Source: Octopus bimaculoides | Taxonomy: Eukaryota | Length of the DNA stretch: 64,000 nucleotides | NCBI RefSeq assembly: GCF_001194135.2 | Contig: NC_068987.1 | Span: 32,978,171-33,042,170 of the forward strand | Direction: 5' to 3' | In this document: positions 26,365 to 39,321 of the stretch, in pieces | Position numbering within the stretch: the stretch's first letter is position 1 | How the letters are laid out: each line of letters opens with the position of its first letter | Translations under genes and position numbers: made by a program | The notes under the pieces: model-generated | Told to the model about the DNA's origin: nothing | Seen by the model: the letters and a program-made list of their open reading frames with translations, nothing else | The model's database searches: none

Positions 26365-27124
26365 CTACTATATTCCTCTCTTCCTCTCTTTCTCTCGTTG
26401 CTCACCTATTCTTCTACTTCCTCCCTTTCTTTCTCCCTCTACCACACTCTCTCTCTCTCTTCCTTACCCCTGCCTGGTCACATGCTTCCGGTCACTAATA
26501 CTTTTCTTCCTTGGCTATCTCCGAGCAAACACGCGAACTTACTTCATCCCTACTTTCATTTCGTGCCTCACAGCGTTCATATACACATAATTTTTCACGT
26601 CTGGCCGCATAACCTTTTCCGTTTGTTTTCCTGTCTTCTTTTCTTTTCCGTTTGTTTCCTGTCTTGTTTTTTTGTCCGCCACTACATTCCTCCATGGCAC
26701 AGGTTTAATTTGTGTATACAAATTTAATTTGCGGTCCATGGGAAGAGCCGTATTAACGATGCGTCCTGCCCAACTCTTCGAAACGCTGGTGTTAAAACGG
26801 GGGTAGCTGTTGAAGGAAAATGTTCTCTATGTGGCTTGTATGTTTTCTGTACTCTGGTTATTATTATTTTCTTGTCTACGTTTTGTTTGCAATGTCCTGT
26901 ACCCAGATATGCACCTATATATACAGGNNNNNNNNNNNNNNNNNNNNNNNNNNNNNNNNNNNNNNNNNNNNNNNNNNNNNNNNNNNNNNNNNNNNNNNNN
27001 NNNNNNNNNNNNNNNNNNNNNNNNNNNNNNNNNNNNNNNNNNNNNNNNNNNNNNNNNNNNNNNNNNNNNNNNNNNNNNNNNNNNNNNNNNNNNNNNNNNN
27101 NNNNNNNNNNNNNNNNNNNNNNNN

Positions 27125-27205
<81 letters not shown>

Positions 27206-27651
27206 GTCGAAACTGCGACTGCGTTATTCGGAAGTTTGCGTTCCCACTATGGGCTTTTAGGTTCAGTTCAACTCCGCTACACTTTGGACAATTATGGTTA
27301 CTATGATTGTTTAAGACAATACTAAAAATAGTGCAAAGAAACCATGAAAAATACAGAAAATGGTAGTATATTTGTGTAACAGAGCCCGAGCAACACTTTT
27401 TGCCTAGTCAAACAGGAATGTTGGACTGGACTGAAGATTGATGGTTAATACAAACCAGCATAGTCTATCATGTAGAGATTATTTACGTAAGTTGAAAATA
27501 AATTTTGCCGAACAGACAACATTTAGAACGTCATTCTCGAATTACGGAAAATGTCGTGTAATGAAGAAACGTTTCAGTGTGACAATCTATCAAAGCTCAG
27601 TGATATTTTGAATTAATTCCTATAGGTTTTTTACTGTCTCTGTAGCAATTA

Positions 27652-27862
27652 TTTCTGCTATAGGCACAAGGCATGACATTATGCAGGAGGGACTAGTCGA
27701 TGTCATTGACTTCAGTACTTGACAAACGCTTATGTTATCGACTCCGACAGGATCAAAGGCGAAGTCTACCGGTGCGGAATTTGTACTCAGAACGTAAAGC
27801 TGGAATAAATGGTACTTAGAATCTTGTTCGTCGCATTAACGACTCTGCCCGCTCACTGCCCT
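27652..27862 (-). mobile_element. tRNA-derived SINE, family A
   Basis: ggcacaagg...tagtcgat...ttatcgactccga...aaaggcgaagtc...ggaatttgtactcagaacgtaa. Confidence 0.8.
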
Positions 27863-28719
27863 CCATTTTTTCTGTAGCAATGGGGATTAATTTGTCTCTA
27901 AAACTCATGCCAAATTTTCTTTCGATCCTGCGTATTTTATTTTTATTTGGTTTCTAAACTCATGATACGAATGTGATTTATCAATAATTCAATGAAGAAT
28001 TTAAATCTTGGATTTTGACAATCAGTGTTTTAGGTTTTGAGTAGTTTTACATCCTTAGAAGGAGGATCTCACATTATGTCCTCATTCCGTTTTGTTGCCT
28101 CTAACTCGCGATTGATAATGAAGTCGAGACTACTTTCATGTGAACACAAAATACTTTGATATAATCTTCTGCTTGTTCTACCTTTTCATATGCAACACTG
28201 TTGAAGTATTTACCAGCTTTCCTTGCACAATTTTATGCGGGTAGATACTTTGGAAATATTTCTAGGAACGCTGGATTTTATCGAGATACATTGAAATAAA
28301 GTGTGCGTTAAAAATGTATGGTCGCTAAAGTTAGGCACTTCACATCTAGAAAACCAGGTGGAAATCTAAAGATAAAGATCGAAATATAAATATTTCACGT
28401 ACTAAAATAAGTAAATCTTGATGAAATTTTCTAATCTATCCTGGAAATTATGAATATATGATAAAGTGATTTGAGAATATATGTTAATGTAAGAGAAAAT
28501 ATAATATAGTGAAAATGAAGAGAAAAACGTAAGAATTTATGGTAAAGAAGAACAATAAGGTACATAGAGTATGATAGGAATTACATAAGTGCAGAATAAA
28601 CAATGAACTAATATGACGGAAAATACTGGAGAAAGAAAAGTTTAGGAATATATATGTCTTACACAATACATTAAACAGACATACGCTTAATAGAGACAAG
28701 TTTTGACACAATGCCAACA

Positions 28720-28880
28720 GTTTTGAGGGGAAGGGCCAAGTTCATCACATCGACCATAGTACTTAACTGGTACTTTATATCACTGACTCTAAAGGCTGAA
28801 AGGTAAAGCTGACATCGGTGACATTTGAATGCTGACCATACAGCAGGAAGAAATGCCTCTAGGCATTTGACCGACGTGCT
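28720..28880 (-). mobile_element. tRNA-derived SINE, family A (degenerate)
   Basis: atcgacc..agtacttaactggtacttta...aaaggtaaagctgac...atttgaa. Confidence 0.6.
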
Positions 28881-31800
28881 TACGTTTCTACCACGTTGCC
28901 CATTAGATTCAAACCTAATGGAAAATTATACTTCAGCAATACGTAATTTTCAAAATAATTTCCAAAGTATCATTTGTCTTCACAAAATAATTTTATTCAG
29001 TGATGTATTTTCTACATCATAACGTTTAAACAAGTTGGTGATTCATTTTAAAACAACAACATACAATAAAGATAATGTGTGTGAAGAATATTAAATGACA
29101 CCAATAGATGCCATCTTTCAAGATGATTAGAGTACCTGATAAGATTTATGTCTTTACGATCTTCAGAAATGAGAAAGAACACATGAAGTAATAAGATCCA
29201 ACTTTTTAAATACCTTCATTTAGCATACATCACAAGAAAGCAAACCTTCACCACCGTTTGGAACAACCAGCAATAAGTAATTGATGGCTCTTTCTTCTTA
29301 CTGGAGGTACGATAATGAATCTTCACTAATAACTAACTCATTGCTTATTAACAACTGTTCAAATTGTGGTCCAATTGTATGTTGAGACAATTACATAGTA
29401 GTTATGCTGCTATATCCATAATTTAATTCTTGTACATTTCACGTGGACACAAGTGTCACGTAGCATAACAAACCATATGATGCTTATTAACAAGCTAATA
29501 AAGATTTGAATATCAAAACATAAAGTAACCCAAAGATATACATATTAGCAAGTGTGTATATGTTGACACTCACGCAAACTCATTCATAAATGCACACACA
29601 TACAAGCATGCATACATGCGCATATATCATATATAATAAGGACTTATTTATTTGTTTGGGATTTATTTAAGTCATGTTGCCTGATTAATGAGAGACAACT
29701 AGGAGCTTAAACAACGCCGAAACCGCTAACATCGGTGGAGATTTGAACCCGGACCATATTAAAACAATGTAACTAAATAGCAGAACCCACAAGGTCCGAT
29801 ACATTCCCATTTCTACCCCTCTACCATTCTCCAATGTCATATAAATACATAAATGAATTTGCTAATTTTTGTCTACCGATCATTAATTCCTTGCATGTTA
29901 GCTGTCCGCTCGTAAACGTTCAATGAGAAATAGGCTAACGAGTTAATTCTCATTTAATATGTTAGTTTGCTACTTTATTCCATCTTATAGCAATTAGCTA
30001 TCGGTGTGAAAGCTAATTCCTCCAATAATTAAACCATTAAATCACGTGCAATTACCAGTTTCAAATGAAATGTGCAAGCCATTTTATGGGTGTTTCGTAG
30101 TTGCGTTAATTTCTATCCTAAAAGTCCTTATGCTCCATTTTAAAGCCATTTGATTATGTTATGTCGATAACTTACCACAGTTCTGAGGCCATGAAACCTG
30201 ATATTGTTAACGAAAGTAGGAATGGGAATTTGTGATGTTGCTTCATTTCCCAAGAGAAACAAAAATATAACTTATGCAAATTACTATTGATTTACTATAT
30301 AGATTGACCGAGTCGTAATTTTCCAACGCATATGGAAAATTACAACTGATAGCTAATGGCATACTTAGCACAGGTAGCCGATAAAACAACGTCAACCAAT
30401 CGGATCAATAGAACCATGGATTCAATAACATAACATATGAATGCTATGAATGACAAACACAAAACAGTTCCCAGAATGTCCAAGAGTCCATAACGATTGG
30501 AACAGTAACCAGCTGTCATGAAGTTACGTTGTGCAATATGTCTGCTCCTGGATGCCAAACTGTAACATTTGACATTTTCAAATTTCTTGATATTTACATG
30601 TAACTACTTGGGGAATTGACTGCCTTAGATTTTAAGTTCAGTTTCTGTTCCAGTTAGAAAATTGGAATGCTTTTATTTATTACCACAACATATATCCTGT
30701 AATCTAATCTTTTGTCATTGTTTCATCAATAGCTAAATGAACGTGACCTAAAATGCATCTGCAACGTCTGCTGCCGAGATATTTTAACAAACTTGGATTA
30801 CATGTCCTTCTGCAATTTATCTAAACCATTAATCTCTGTAATACACGTTCAGCTAAATAAATATATCCAGAATAAAACTTTGATCCACTCCACCTTTTAC
30901 ACGTAGACATCAGCCTATTTCAATCTAGACGTGAAACATGCTGCACAAACATTGGCGTGTCCGACAAATTACTTACCGGAAATTCTTCCGGTTCTCTCTA
31001 TTCTAGTTTCACATCCTGCAATTGTCAACTTTACTTTTCATCTATTGAGACTTGATTAAATCATGTACCAGTTAAGTACTGGATCAATATACTTGACTAA
31101 ACCCGTCCAGCTACAGTATTAATAATAAAAAATGTTTTAAAAAACACCTTTTGGCCCAAGGAAGCAATTTTAAAGTGGGGTTTAGTCGATTTTATCTTAC
31201 TCGCTAACGTAACATCCACCCATAACCTATTCAACGCGCGTCCAAGAACGCGTTTCAGTTATCGAGTAGCACTAAAGTACCGGGGTGTTGTGAGAAAAGT
31301 TTCAGGTGCTGAAGAAAGGTGCCTGCCTCTTCCGCGTCGGGATGTTGACATGCACTATTCTAAAGGTACACTCTTTGCTGCTTTTCACATCCAGGACCAC
31401 CTACTTACTGTTCGTGTCCTGGAAGATTGACCTATCTATTGACCTAGGCCTATTTGAGATGACACACTCCGCTTCCCATTCCATGTCAGCTCAGAGATTC
31501 ATAGATCTCAAAGTTATTGTTGTTGCTGTTGGTGTTGGCGGAGTTGTGTATTTTAGTTGGTGCTGCTTTTGTTAAGGTTGTTGTGTTTGTGTGCTTCTCA
31601 GGTTTTTTCTCTCTTGTATCTTTTGTTTTTCTTGTGTGTTTGTCCTCTTTTGTGTTAGTGGACATGCTGGTATTGACGCTGTACTTTCCATTCATGCGAG
31701 TTTACATTTTGGGAGCTCGATGTTGCCTTGTTTTGTTTTGTGTGATCTCACAACCAATTACACCGCTTCGTTCTCCTCATATCCTGTAAAATTTCGTGCA

Positions 31801-32479
31801 TCCACCAAAATACAATACATGCTAATATCCAGCAGAGGTATAAATCTGGTAGGACTTCCGGAATTATCTTTACTGATCTTCTTACATATATTTGGGAAAG
31901 AGTGAAATCTCTGGGTTGGTAAACCACTAAATGTTGTTCCGTGAGAGCTCAGTTTTAAATCACGCCGTTCGCTATCATCTCGAAGAGCCTTTCTTACTTG
32001 TGTATTCTGGCAATCTCTTAGCGGTGGGACATTAAACCCGCAGTGATACATAAATCTTTCTAACAGTTTCAGCAAGGATTTAAGAAGTCTGCAAGTTCTG
32101 GCTGTCTGTCTTCAATTTTCTTAATACTAGCAGAGTCTTCTAACTTTGCCCTATATAAATATAATTTTCTCCGTGAATACTCTTGAGAAGGAAATATTGC
32201 TATTGTTGTTGACTGTAGTGCTGCTACTAGTTTTGCTCCCACCTCTGCTGCTACCGTTACCACTACTGTTGTCATTGTTCGTATTGCTACTCTTTCCACG
32301 GCCGCCATAGTTACCTTTTGTGCATTTGCCGCTTCCCGTACTGGTGCTGCTGTTGTTTTTCTTATTGTTATTGCTGCTGTTTGTTTTTACATTTATTAGT
32401 CTTGTTGTTGTTCTTATCGTTGCTCTTTTTACTATAATTTTCATTTGCTGCTATATCAATGATGCAATTTATTGAACTC

Positions 32480-33110
32480 TAAATGTCAACATTGAAACCT
32501 ATTCCACTTCTTTCATGAGCCATTAAATTCTGTTACATATATTTTGGAGTTTTTGAGGTGGGTTGCCATTTTATCACATTTTTTGTCTCCGCTCTTCTTT
32601 GTTCAGTTTCCTCGTTGTTCAGATTTTGCTGCTCTTACGATAGCTTCTGTGCTTCTGTTACCTATTTCATCTCTTTCTTTGCTGTTTTCATTTGACCTGC
32701 CATGGGATATTCATGGTTTGTCATTTTCAGCATCAGTTAGTTTTTTTTTTGTTTTTAATGATATCTCTACGTACATTACTTACTTTTCTTGCATCTATAT
32801 AACTTTGTGCTTCATTGATTGCTAGGTTTTCTCATGAAGTGTTTGTTTGTACAATGAAGTTATTATTTGGGATTAATTGAACTGAACTGTGTAAGAAGCT
32901 TTTAAAACATCTATATAGTTTTCTCTTGTTCGTTTTATTCATTTTGTTTTACAGGTCTAGGGCAAGAATTATGCTTGCTCTGATCGTCTTTTTGACAGTT
33001 TGTTCCAGGAGCAGACTTTTTACCACCCAGTTAGGTAACGCGATCCTTGATGATCCGAGTGATGACCGATTCAGCATGAATTTCACCTTCTTGCCATTAA
33101 AACAGTGATG
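32480..33110 (-). mobile_element. Decayed 5' coding region of an R4/Dong-like LINE
   Basis: Minus strand is A-rich and gives YIDARKVSNVRRDIIKNKKKLTDAE, resembling the pre-RT N-terminal region of these elements as I recall it. Confidence 0.5.
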
Positions 33111-33352
33111 TTAACGTTGACTTTAGGAAACAGGTCTGTCTGTTAAGAGCTATATTTTTGACTCAACGCCGCTTCCAAGTTCATTGAATGGATATGTGGT
33201 GGAATACTAATAAGAGTACACCATTTAACTCGCCATAACTTTTTTGAATCTTTGGTATTGCCAGAAAATGTTTGCGAATTCAAAAGGCTAAAAAAATTTG
33301 CACATGCGCAAAACTTATCATGGATTCTGCTTCGAAGTACATTATAAAACAG

Positions 33353-33602
33353 GTCATAACGTTTTAATTTTTTGGTATTTTCTGAAAGGTTTTGCGAATT
33401 TGCGTTCTTACAAACTCTATCTCGTATGATTAAGCAAAAAAAAAAAAAAAGAAGAAAATTCCCAAATTTGAACTTCTTCCAAAATATTTTTTTAAAAAAG
33501 GTTTTTAAATGTTGGACTTTATGAATCTGAAATTTGTTTCTTTTTGTTCATTTCAAAATAAATATCAAAACAGTTGAACTATAATTTCGTGCAGGAGCAC
33601 AT
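33353..33602 (-). repeat. Left arm of a long imperfect inverted repeat flanking the Merlin relic
   Basis: Reverse complement of 33543-33602 matches 35225-35284 at 49/60 by eye; reverse complement of 33353-33435 resembles 36001-36081. Confidence 0.8.
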
Positions 33603-34028
33603 TTTTATTTAATCCACACCACCCAAATCCATGTCTGTGAAAATATGCTACTAAAATAAATTATCATTTACTTATCTTTTTTCAAAAATCATTGTGATAA
33701 ATCCTGGCAAAGTGCTGTATAAAATGTCTTGTAATTACTTCGATATGNNNNNNNNNNNNNNNNNNNNNNNNNNNNNNNNNNNNNNNNNNNNNNNNNNNNN
33801 NNNNNNNNNNNNNNNNNNNNNNNNNNNNNNNNNNNNNNNNNNNNNNNNNNNNNNNNNNNNNNNNNNNNNNNNNNNNNNNNNNNNNNNNNNNNNNNNAAAA
33901 AAAACACAGAACTATGTTATAAAAATAAATTAACCTTTGCATACCTTTACTAAATGAAGGCGGATAAATTTCCCTTATGTCCTTTAAAAACGTTTGATAA
34001 TTTTTCATGAGTTCCCGCATCTTATCCC

Positions 34029-34740
34029 TTAAAAATCGCGATAGATGGTTACGGCCACATGTGACCATCAAATATCACCACTTCATCCGTCACATTTATA
34101 TCTTAAGCTGCGTTTTATTTGAGCCCAGTATGCCTCCAAGATATTTGTATAGACCCCAGTAACGGGATCTACGAAATTACACGGATGACAGACGGTGCCA
34201 CTGGTATATCCCAATTTGTATACATTGTATACAACCAGATATCTGTGAAAATTTTCGATACAGCTCCCACATTTTCAATGACAACCTCTCTAGTGTTTCT
34301 GTATTTCTATCGGGAACAAGTTGTAGGTAAATTTGCTTTTCTATATTATCATAAAGTCAGAAAACCCACAACTCCTTCATCACTTTTTTCATACACTTGG
34401 ACAATATGGTTAGAGCCACCTAATTTTTTGTTTATTTTTCATCGATTTCTGTGTAATTATCTCACTGCAGTATTCATACCACTGAATGACTGTGTCTCCC
34501 CTAATATTATTTATGAACATACAACTGGTTCATTGACAATTCAGTCGAATATGAAGTCGAATACAATATGGAATAGTGTAAACACCATCAAGTGACTGTT
34601 TTGAATAAAGATATCTTCTCTTATTGAGGCAGTGTTTTTGAAATTGCAGCAATACTAAACAACTCCCTCTATTGCAATCTAGAATGGCTGTATCGACATT
34701 TGACAGTGTCAAACACAATATTTCTTTTTTGCTACTAAAT
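34029..34740 (-). pseudogene. Merlin-superfamily (ISXO2/IS1595-like DDE) transposase pseudogene
   Basis: Translation across stops and frameshifts: KKYCV*HCQM...YCCNFKNTASIREDIFIQNSHL...GDTVIQWYEYCSEI...KLGGSNHIVQVYE...LQLVPDRNTETL...IFTDIW...LGYTSGTVCHPCNFVDPVTGVYTNILEAYWAQIKRSLR. These match the Merlin motifs SIRxxxFxxSHL, IGGxxxIVEIDE, VxDRxxxTL, IxTD and NFVDPxTGxHTNxIExxW in order. Confidence 0.82.
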
Positions 34741-35156
34741 TATTTTCCTTAAAAATCTGGACGGAGAAGCACCTTGCAACTGGTACCACAAATCAACTCT
34801 TGGAAAAGGCATTTCGAAAGTATAAATAATATTAAAACTTGTTGCTTCCAACTTTCAGATGAGATGCATACTTCCATATTTCAATTCAATTGTGATATTC
34901 TCGCTAGGAGTCATTTCTTTAATTTTCCCGTCGGAATAGGTCTTAGAAATAAAGAGGTGATAGACATTGTCTGGTTATGTGAATTTTCCCACCAATACTG
35001 ATGTTGATTCATCTGAGGGTCAAGAGATAATTTAAGTGTATATCAGGACGAATTACAAAATACATAATAGAGCACATTGCAGGGTTTTATCCACAGTGAT
35101 TTAAAGAAGGTATGTAAAAGATGATTTATTTTACTAGCAACCTTTTCTGCTAGTAA

Positions 35157-35218
<62 letters not shown>

Positions 35219-35224
35219 ACACAC

Positions 35225-36081
35225 ATGTGCTCATGCGCGAAATTATAGTTCAATTTAGTCAAATTTTATTTTGAGATGAACAAATTGAAACAAAGTCCGT
35301 ATTTTAAAACCTTGATTAAATGTTTTTTTCGAAAAGAATTTCAAATTTGGAATTAGGGTAAAGGACCGNNNNNNNNNNNNNNNNNNNNNNNNNNNNNNNN
35401 NNNNNNNNNNNNNNNNNNNNNNNNNNNNNNNNNNNNNNNNNNNNNNNNNNNNNNNNNNNNNNNNNNNNNNNNNNNNNNNNNNNNNNNNNNNNNNNNNNNN
35501 NNNNNNNNNNNNNNNNNNNNNNNNNNNNNNNNNNNNNNNNNNNNNNNNNNNNNNNNNNNNNNNNNNNNNNNNNNNNNNNNNNNNNNNNNNNNNNNNNNNN
35601 NNNNNNNNNNNNNNNNNNNNNNNNNNNNNNNNNNNNNNNNNNNNNNNNNNNNNNNNNNNNNNNNNNNNNNNNNNNNNNNNNNNNNNNNNNNNNNNNNNNN
35701 NNNNNNNNNNNNNNNNNNNNNNNNNNNNNNNNNNNNNNNNNNNNNNNNNNNNNNNNNNNNNNNNNNNNNNNNNNNNNNNNNNNNNNNNNNNNNNNNNNNN
35801 NNNNNNNNNNNNNGCCGTGCGCATGCACGGATTTTGTTAACGTTTTCAATTCGGATTTCAAAGGATTTCAAAAATTATCTTGAAACCATAAATAGAAACA
35901 AATGGCAGATGCGGACTATCCGTATTTTAAGACTATGATTTAAAAAAATCGAAAAAGTCGAAAAATCAGGATGTATGGACAGGGGTGAGAGGAAAAAATT
36001 GCATAATCGCATGAGATAGCGTGCACAGAACATAAATTCGCAGACGTTTTCTGAAAATACAAGAAAATCGAAGCTCATAAC
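35225..36081 (+). repeat. Right arm of the long imperfect inverted repeat (contains N-gap 35369-35813)
   Basis: atgtgctcatgcgcgaaattatagttcaa... and ...aattcgcagacgttttctgaaaatac... are inverted homologues of 33353-33602. Confidence 0.8.
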
Positions 36082-36209
36082 CGAGTTTGTTTTTCGGTGT
36101 GTGTGTGTATGGGGGCGAGGTAGATATATCGCCTGGCATAAGTGTTTAAATGTGTTTTAAAGTCAGCGATTAATTACTACTTTTGTGTTCGTTCGTTGAG
36201 TACCGGTTT

Positions 36210-36216
36210 GCTGTTA

Positions 36217-36302
<86 letters not shown>

Positions 36303-36657
36303 GTTCAGTAGTTTTATTTTTATAACGTGCTTTCACTTCACTACCGAGCGCAGCTCTGTGTGCCTTGGGTATGTGCTGTGGTTTGCTGTGATGCTCTCAT
36401 CATTACTATATTGAAAGTGTTTTGCGTAGGATGTGTGCAGTGCCTAGTAGTGCAATTTTCTGTATGTTATATATATTTGTAAGTCCTGGTGTTCTTGTTA
36501 TGTATTTGTCTGAATATTTTTTTTATTATACCTAAGGCGCCTACTATGATAGGAATTGTTTCTGTTTTTAGATTCCGCTTTCGAGTTACCTCTATTTCCA
36601 GGTCTTTGTATTTTGAAAGTTTCTCCATTTCTTTTAGGGAAACTTTGTCATCTGCTG
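36210..36657 (-). mobile_element. Well-preserved 5'-truncated RLE-class LINE 3' end with (TAA)n tail
   Basis: ATT array 36210-36303, then sequence nearly identical to 52430-52785. Minus strand encodes ADDKVSLKEMEKLSKYKDLEIEVTR...ETIPIIVGALGII. Confidence 0.92.
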
Positions 36658-36658
36658 T

Positions 36659-36704
36659 GTATATGAGATAGAAGGAGAGGATCCTCTCCTTCTATCTCAT
36701 ATAC
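36659..36704. repeat. Perfect 46-bp loopless palindrome centred on GGATCC
   Basis: gtatatgagatagaaggagaggatcctctccttctatctcatatac equals its own reverse complement. Confidence 0.98.
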
Positions 36705-37079
36705 GCTAGTTATGTTTATTTATCATTCACTTTACTATGAATTGTGGCACAATATGGACAGATTTGGAATACCGATGAACTTTTATGTAAACGTATCATT
36801 TAAAAGGATAAACATATTACAATGGATATTACATTAGATAATACCAAGCGGACTTCCCCTTTTTCTCTCTCCCGTTTCTCTCTCTTTTTCTTTTTTCTTT
36901 GTGATTTCTTCTTTGTGATATAATCTTGGGAAAGAATATATTTGCGGCTGAAGATAGCTTTAAACCATCCTGTCTATCAATTATATACTCATGTAATGAT
37001 GCAACGACTGTTTGTGTATAAAGCTTGAAACACGTGTACCGCGGAATCCTTTGTTTTCTGTTTTAATTTTACGTTTTTA

Positions 37080-37082
<3 letters not shown>

Positions 37083-37151
<69 letters not shown>
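37083..37151. repeat. (TA)n microsatellite
   Basis: Pure TA array. Confidence 0.95.
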
Positions 37152-37153
<2 letters not shown>

Positions 37154-38728
37154 CTCTTCCTACAATATCTCGTAATGTGTTCTCTTATCTCTATTCTTAT
37201 CAATGACGTCGTAAATATATACAACCTTAATCGTCATATTTCCATTTGAATTACCACATTTTCCTCATCTTCTACTTTATTATACTTCCATGCCAACTTA
37301 TTACGTATCTTAAGTAAACAAGAGTCCTTAATCTATTTCCACTTCATCCTTTTTAGTTCTTCCCCCTCCCCCTATATTTTCATAAAAAACTTCATTAACT
37401 TTCTAGTATAATCTTTACAAACATTTTTTTACACTAAAGATTCTTCATCTGTTTATGATTAATTATAAAAAAATACCAGTATTTTTCTTAACGGTTAGAT
37501 TTAATTTACTCACCCAATGTTGCATATATGGAGATTTAATTAAAAATCTATAATAATCTGTAGAGATTGTGTTATCGATATATCTATATTTATATTTTCC
37601 TCTAGCCGTTCAGTTGTTAGTTGTGACTTAATATTTGACATGGCTCTCATCACCATCGCACACAGATAGGAACAGACAAGCATGAAACTCATAGATCTAT
37701 GTTCTGTGCTCTTTTTTTAAAGTTCCTGTTATTATTTTCTATCTGCACTGATGAGTACTATGATAATTTATATCTATGTACGAAACAATTGTATAAATGA
37801 ATAAACTTCTTACAACTTTTTAACATTTTATCTCCTCTATTTTTGACAAATATGATTGGATTTGTAGAACTCCATTCCATAAATTAATCATGCACTTAAT
37901 ATTCTAATACACACACACACACACACAAATGCGCGCGCGCACACACACACGCACACACACACACGCACACACACACACATATATATATATATGGGTGTGT
38001 ATGATTGTGTATAGAAGAATATATTACTCAAAGAAATAACAAGTTTGATTTTCCTATTTTATAATGATATAATATAAGATAATATAATATAATGAAATGA
38101 TAGAGTATTAAATGTCCATTCTGATTGAACTAATACTTTCATGGATTAAACTATACAATCTTCGGTTTCATATAGTAATGGTGACAGTTATGTTTTACAA
38201 TTCACAACTATGGTGAGATGGCTAAACTCTGTGCCTTAAATACATTTGCATAGACTTCACAATGTTCATCTTTGAAAACTGTACTCTAACCAAACTGTAT
38301 TCTGACAACAACGATACTGGAGGTGCTTATTATGATGATAGCAAGAAAATACTAGCTAAATCACGAGAAAAGTCAGTAAAAAATATTTTATCTTTTTAGG
38401 GTCTAAAGTTCTATTACCACAGCTGCTCCTACCACAACCCTCACCACCCGTCACCACCACCAGCACAACAAAAACAACAGCAACAGCAACAACAACAACC
38501 AAAACGACAACAATAATAAAGGAGATGATAATGATGATAATAGTTGAAATGTAAACAACACCAGGAAATATTATTTACATTCCTAAAAATCACCCAATAC
38601 TTACTGCTTTGGCCAGGGTCAAAATACGGGTCTCTTGACAAGTTCCACAATCCATAACGCCTAAATCAAACATCAATCAACTTAAGTAATTTAGTAAAAT
38701 CACACTGATTGATCAGTTCGCAAAAATG

Positions 38729-38772
<44 letters not shown>

Positions 38773-39099
38773 GTGGAGGGCTATGTATGTATGTATGTAC
38801 AAAAAGTATTCAAAACACTGATCCAGATGAATAGACAACAAACAGGGTGCATTATTTTGACGCAAATGAAGAATGGAAGAAGTCTTTGTACTTTCGCGTC
38901 TACGCTCTTCTAAAAATCATAGATGTGACTCGTGAGCGAATATCACCTGATAGTATATGCCATGCTTTCGCTAATTATTTCAACTGTCTTTAGTAATCCT
39001 CAGGTGACATAGTAAACATAAATGCCCTCTTGCCACTTCTATCTAGTGGAGCATTGACAATATGAGACTGGTGTCAGAGAGAGTGCTTCAGTATATTCT

Positions 39100-39306
39100 T
39101 TTCTACTCTTGGCACAAGGCCTGAAATTTTGAGGGAATGGGCCAGTCGATTAGATCGACTCCAGTACGCAACTGGTGCTTAATTTATCGACCCCGAAGGA
39201 TGAAAGGCAAAGTCGACCGCGGTGGAATTTGAACTCAAACGAAAAGACAGAAAAAATACCGCTAAGCATTTCGCCCAGTGTGCTAACGTTTCAGCCAGCT
39301 CGCTGT
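39100..39306 (-). mobile_element. tRNA-derived SINE, family A (best-preserved copy)
   Basis: Reverse complement begins cagcgagctggctgaaacgttagcacactgggcgaaatgcttagcgg...gagttcaaattcc (A-box and B-box-like). Confidence 0.9.
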
Positions 39307-39321
39307 CGTACCACTTCATTA

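Noticed and set aside
30340-30558. Hydrophobic minus-strand ORF (72 aa)
   Set aside because: Non-ATG start, no family recognised; T-rich sequence yields hydrophobic ORFs by chance.
32956-33035. Apparent 80-nt exon with strong acceptor and signal-peptide-like MLALIVFLTVCS
   Set aside because: It lies antisense within a decayed LINE 5' region, whose T-rich antisense strand mimics acceptors and hydrophobic codons. Exonisation cannot be excluded without RNA data.
37150-37620. Possible L1/Tx1-type remnant on the minus strand
   Set aside because: A-rich composition only, with no firm motif.
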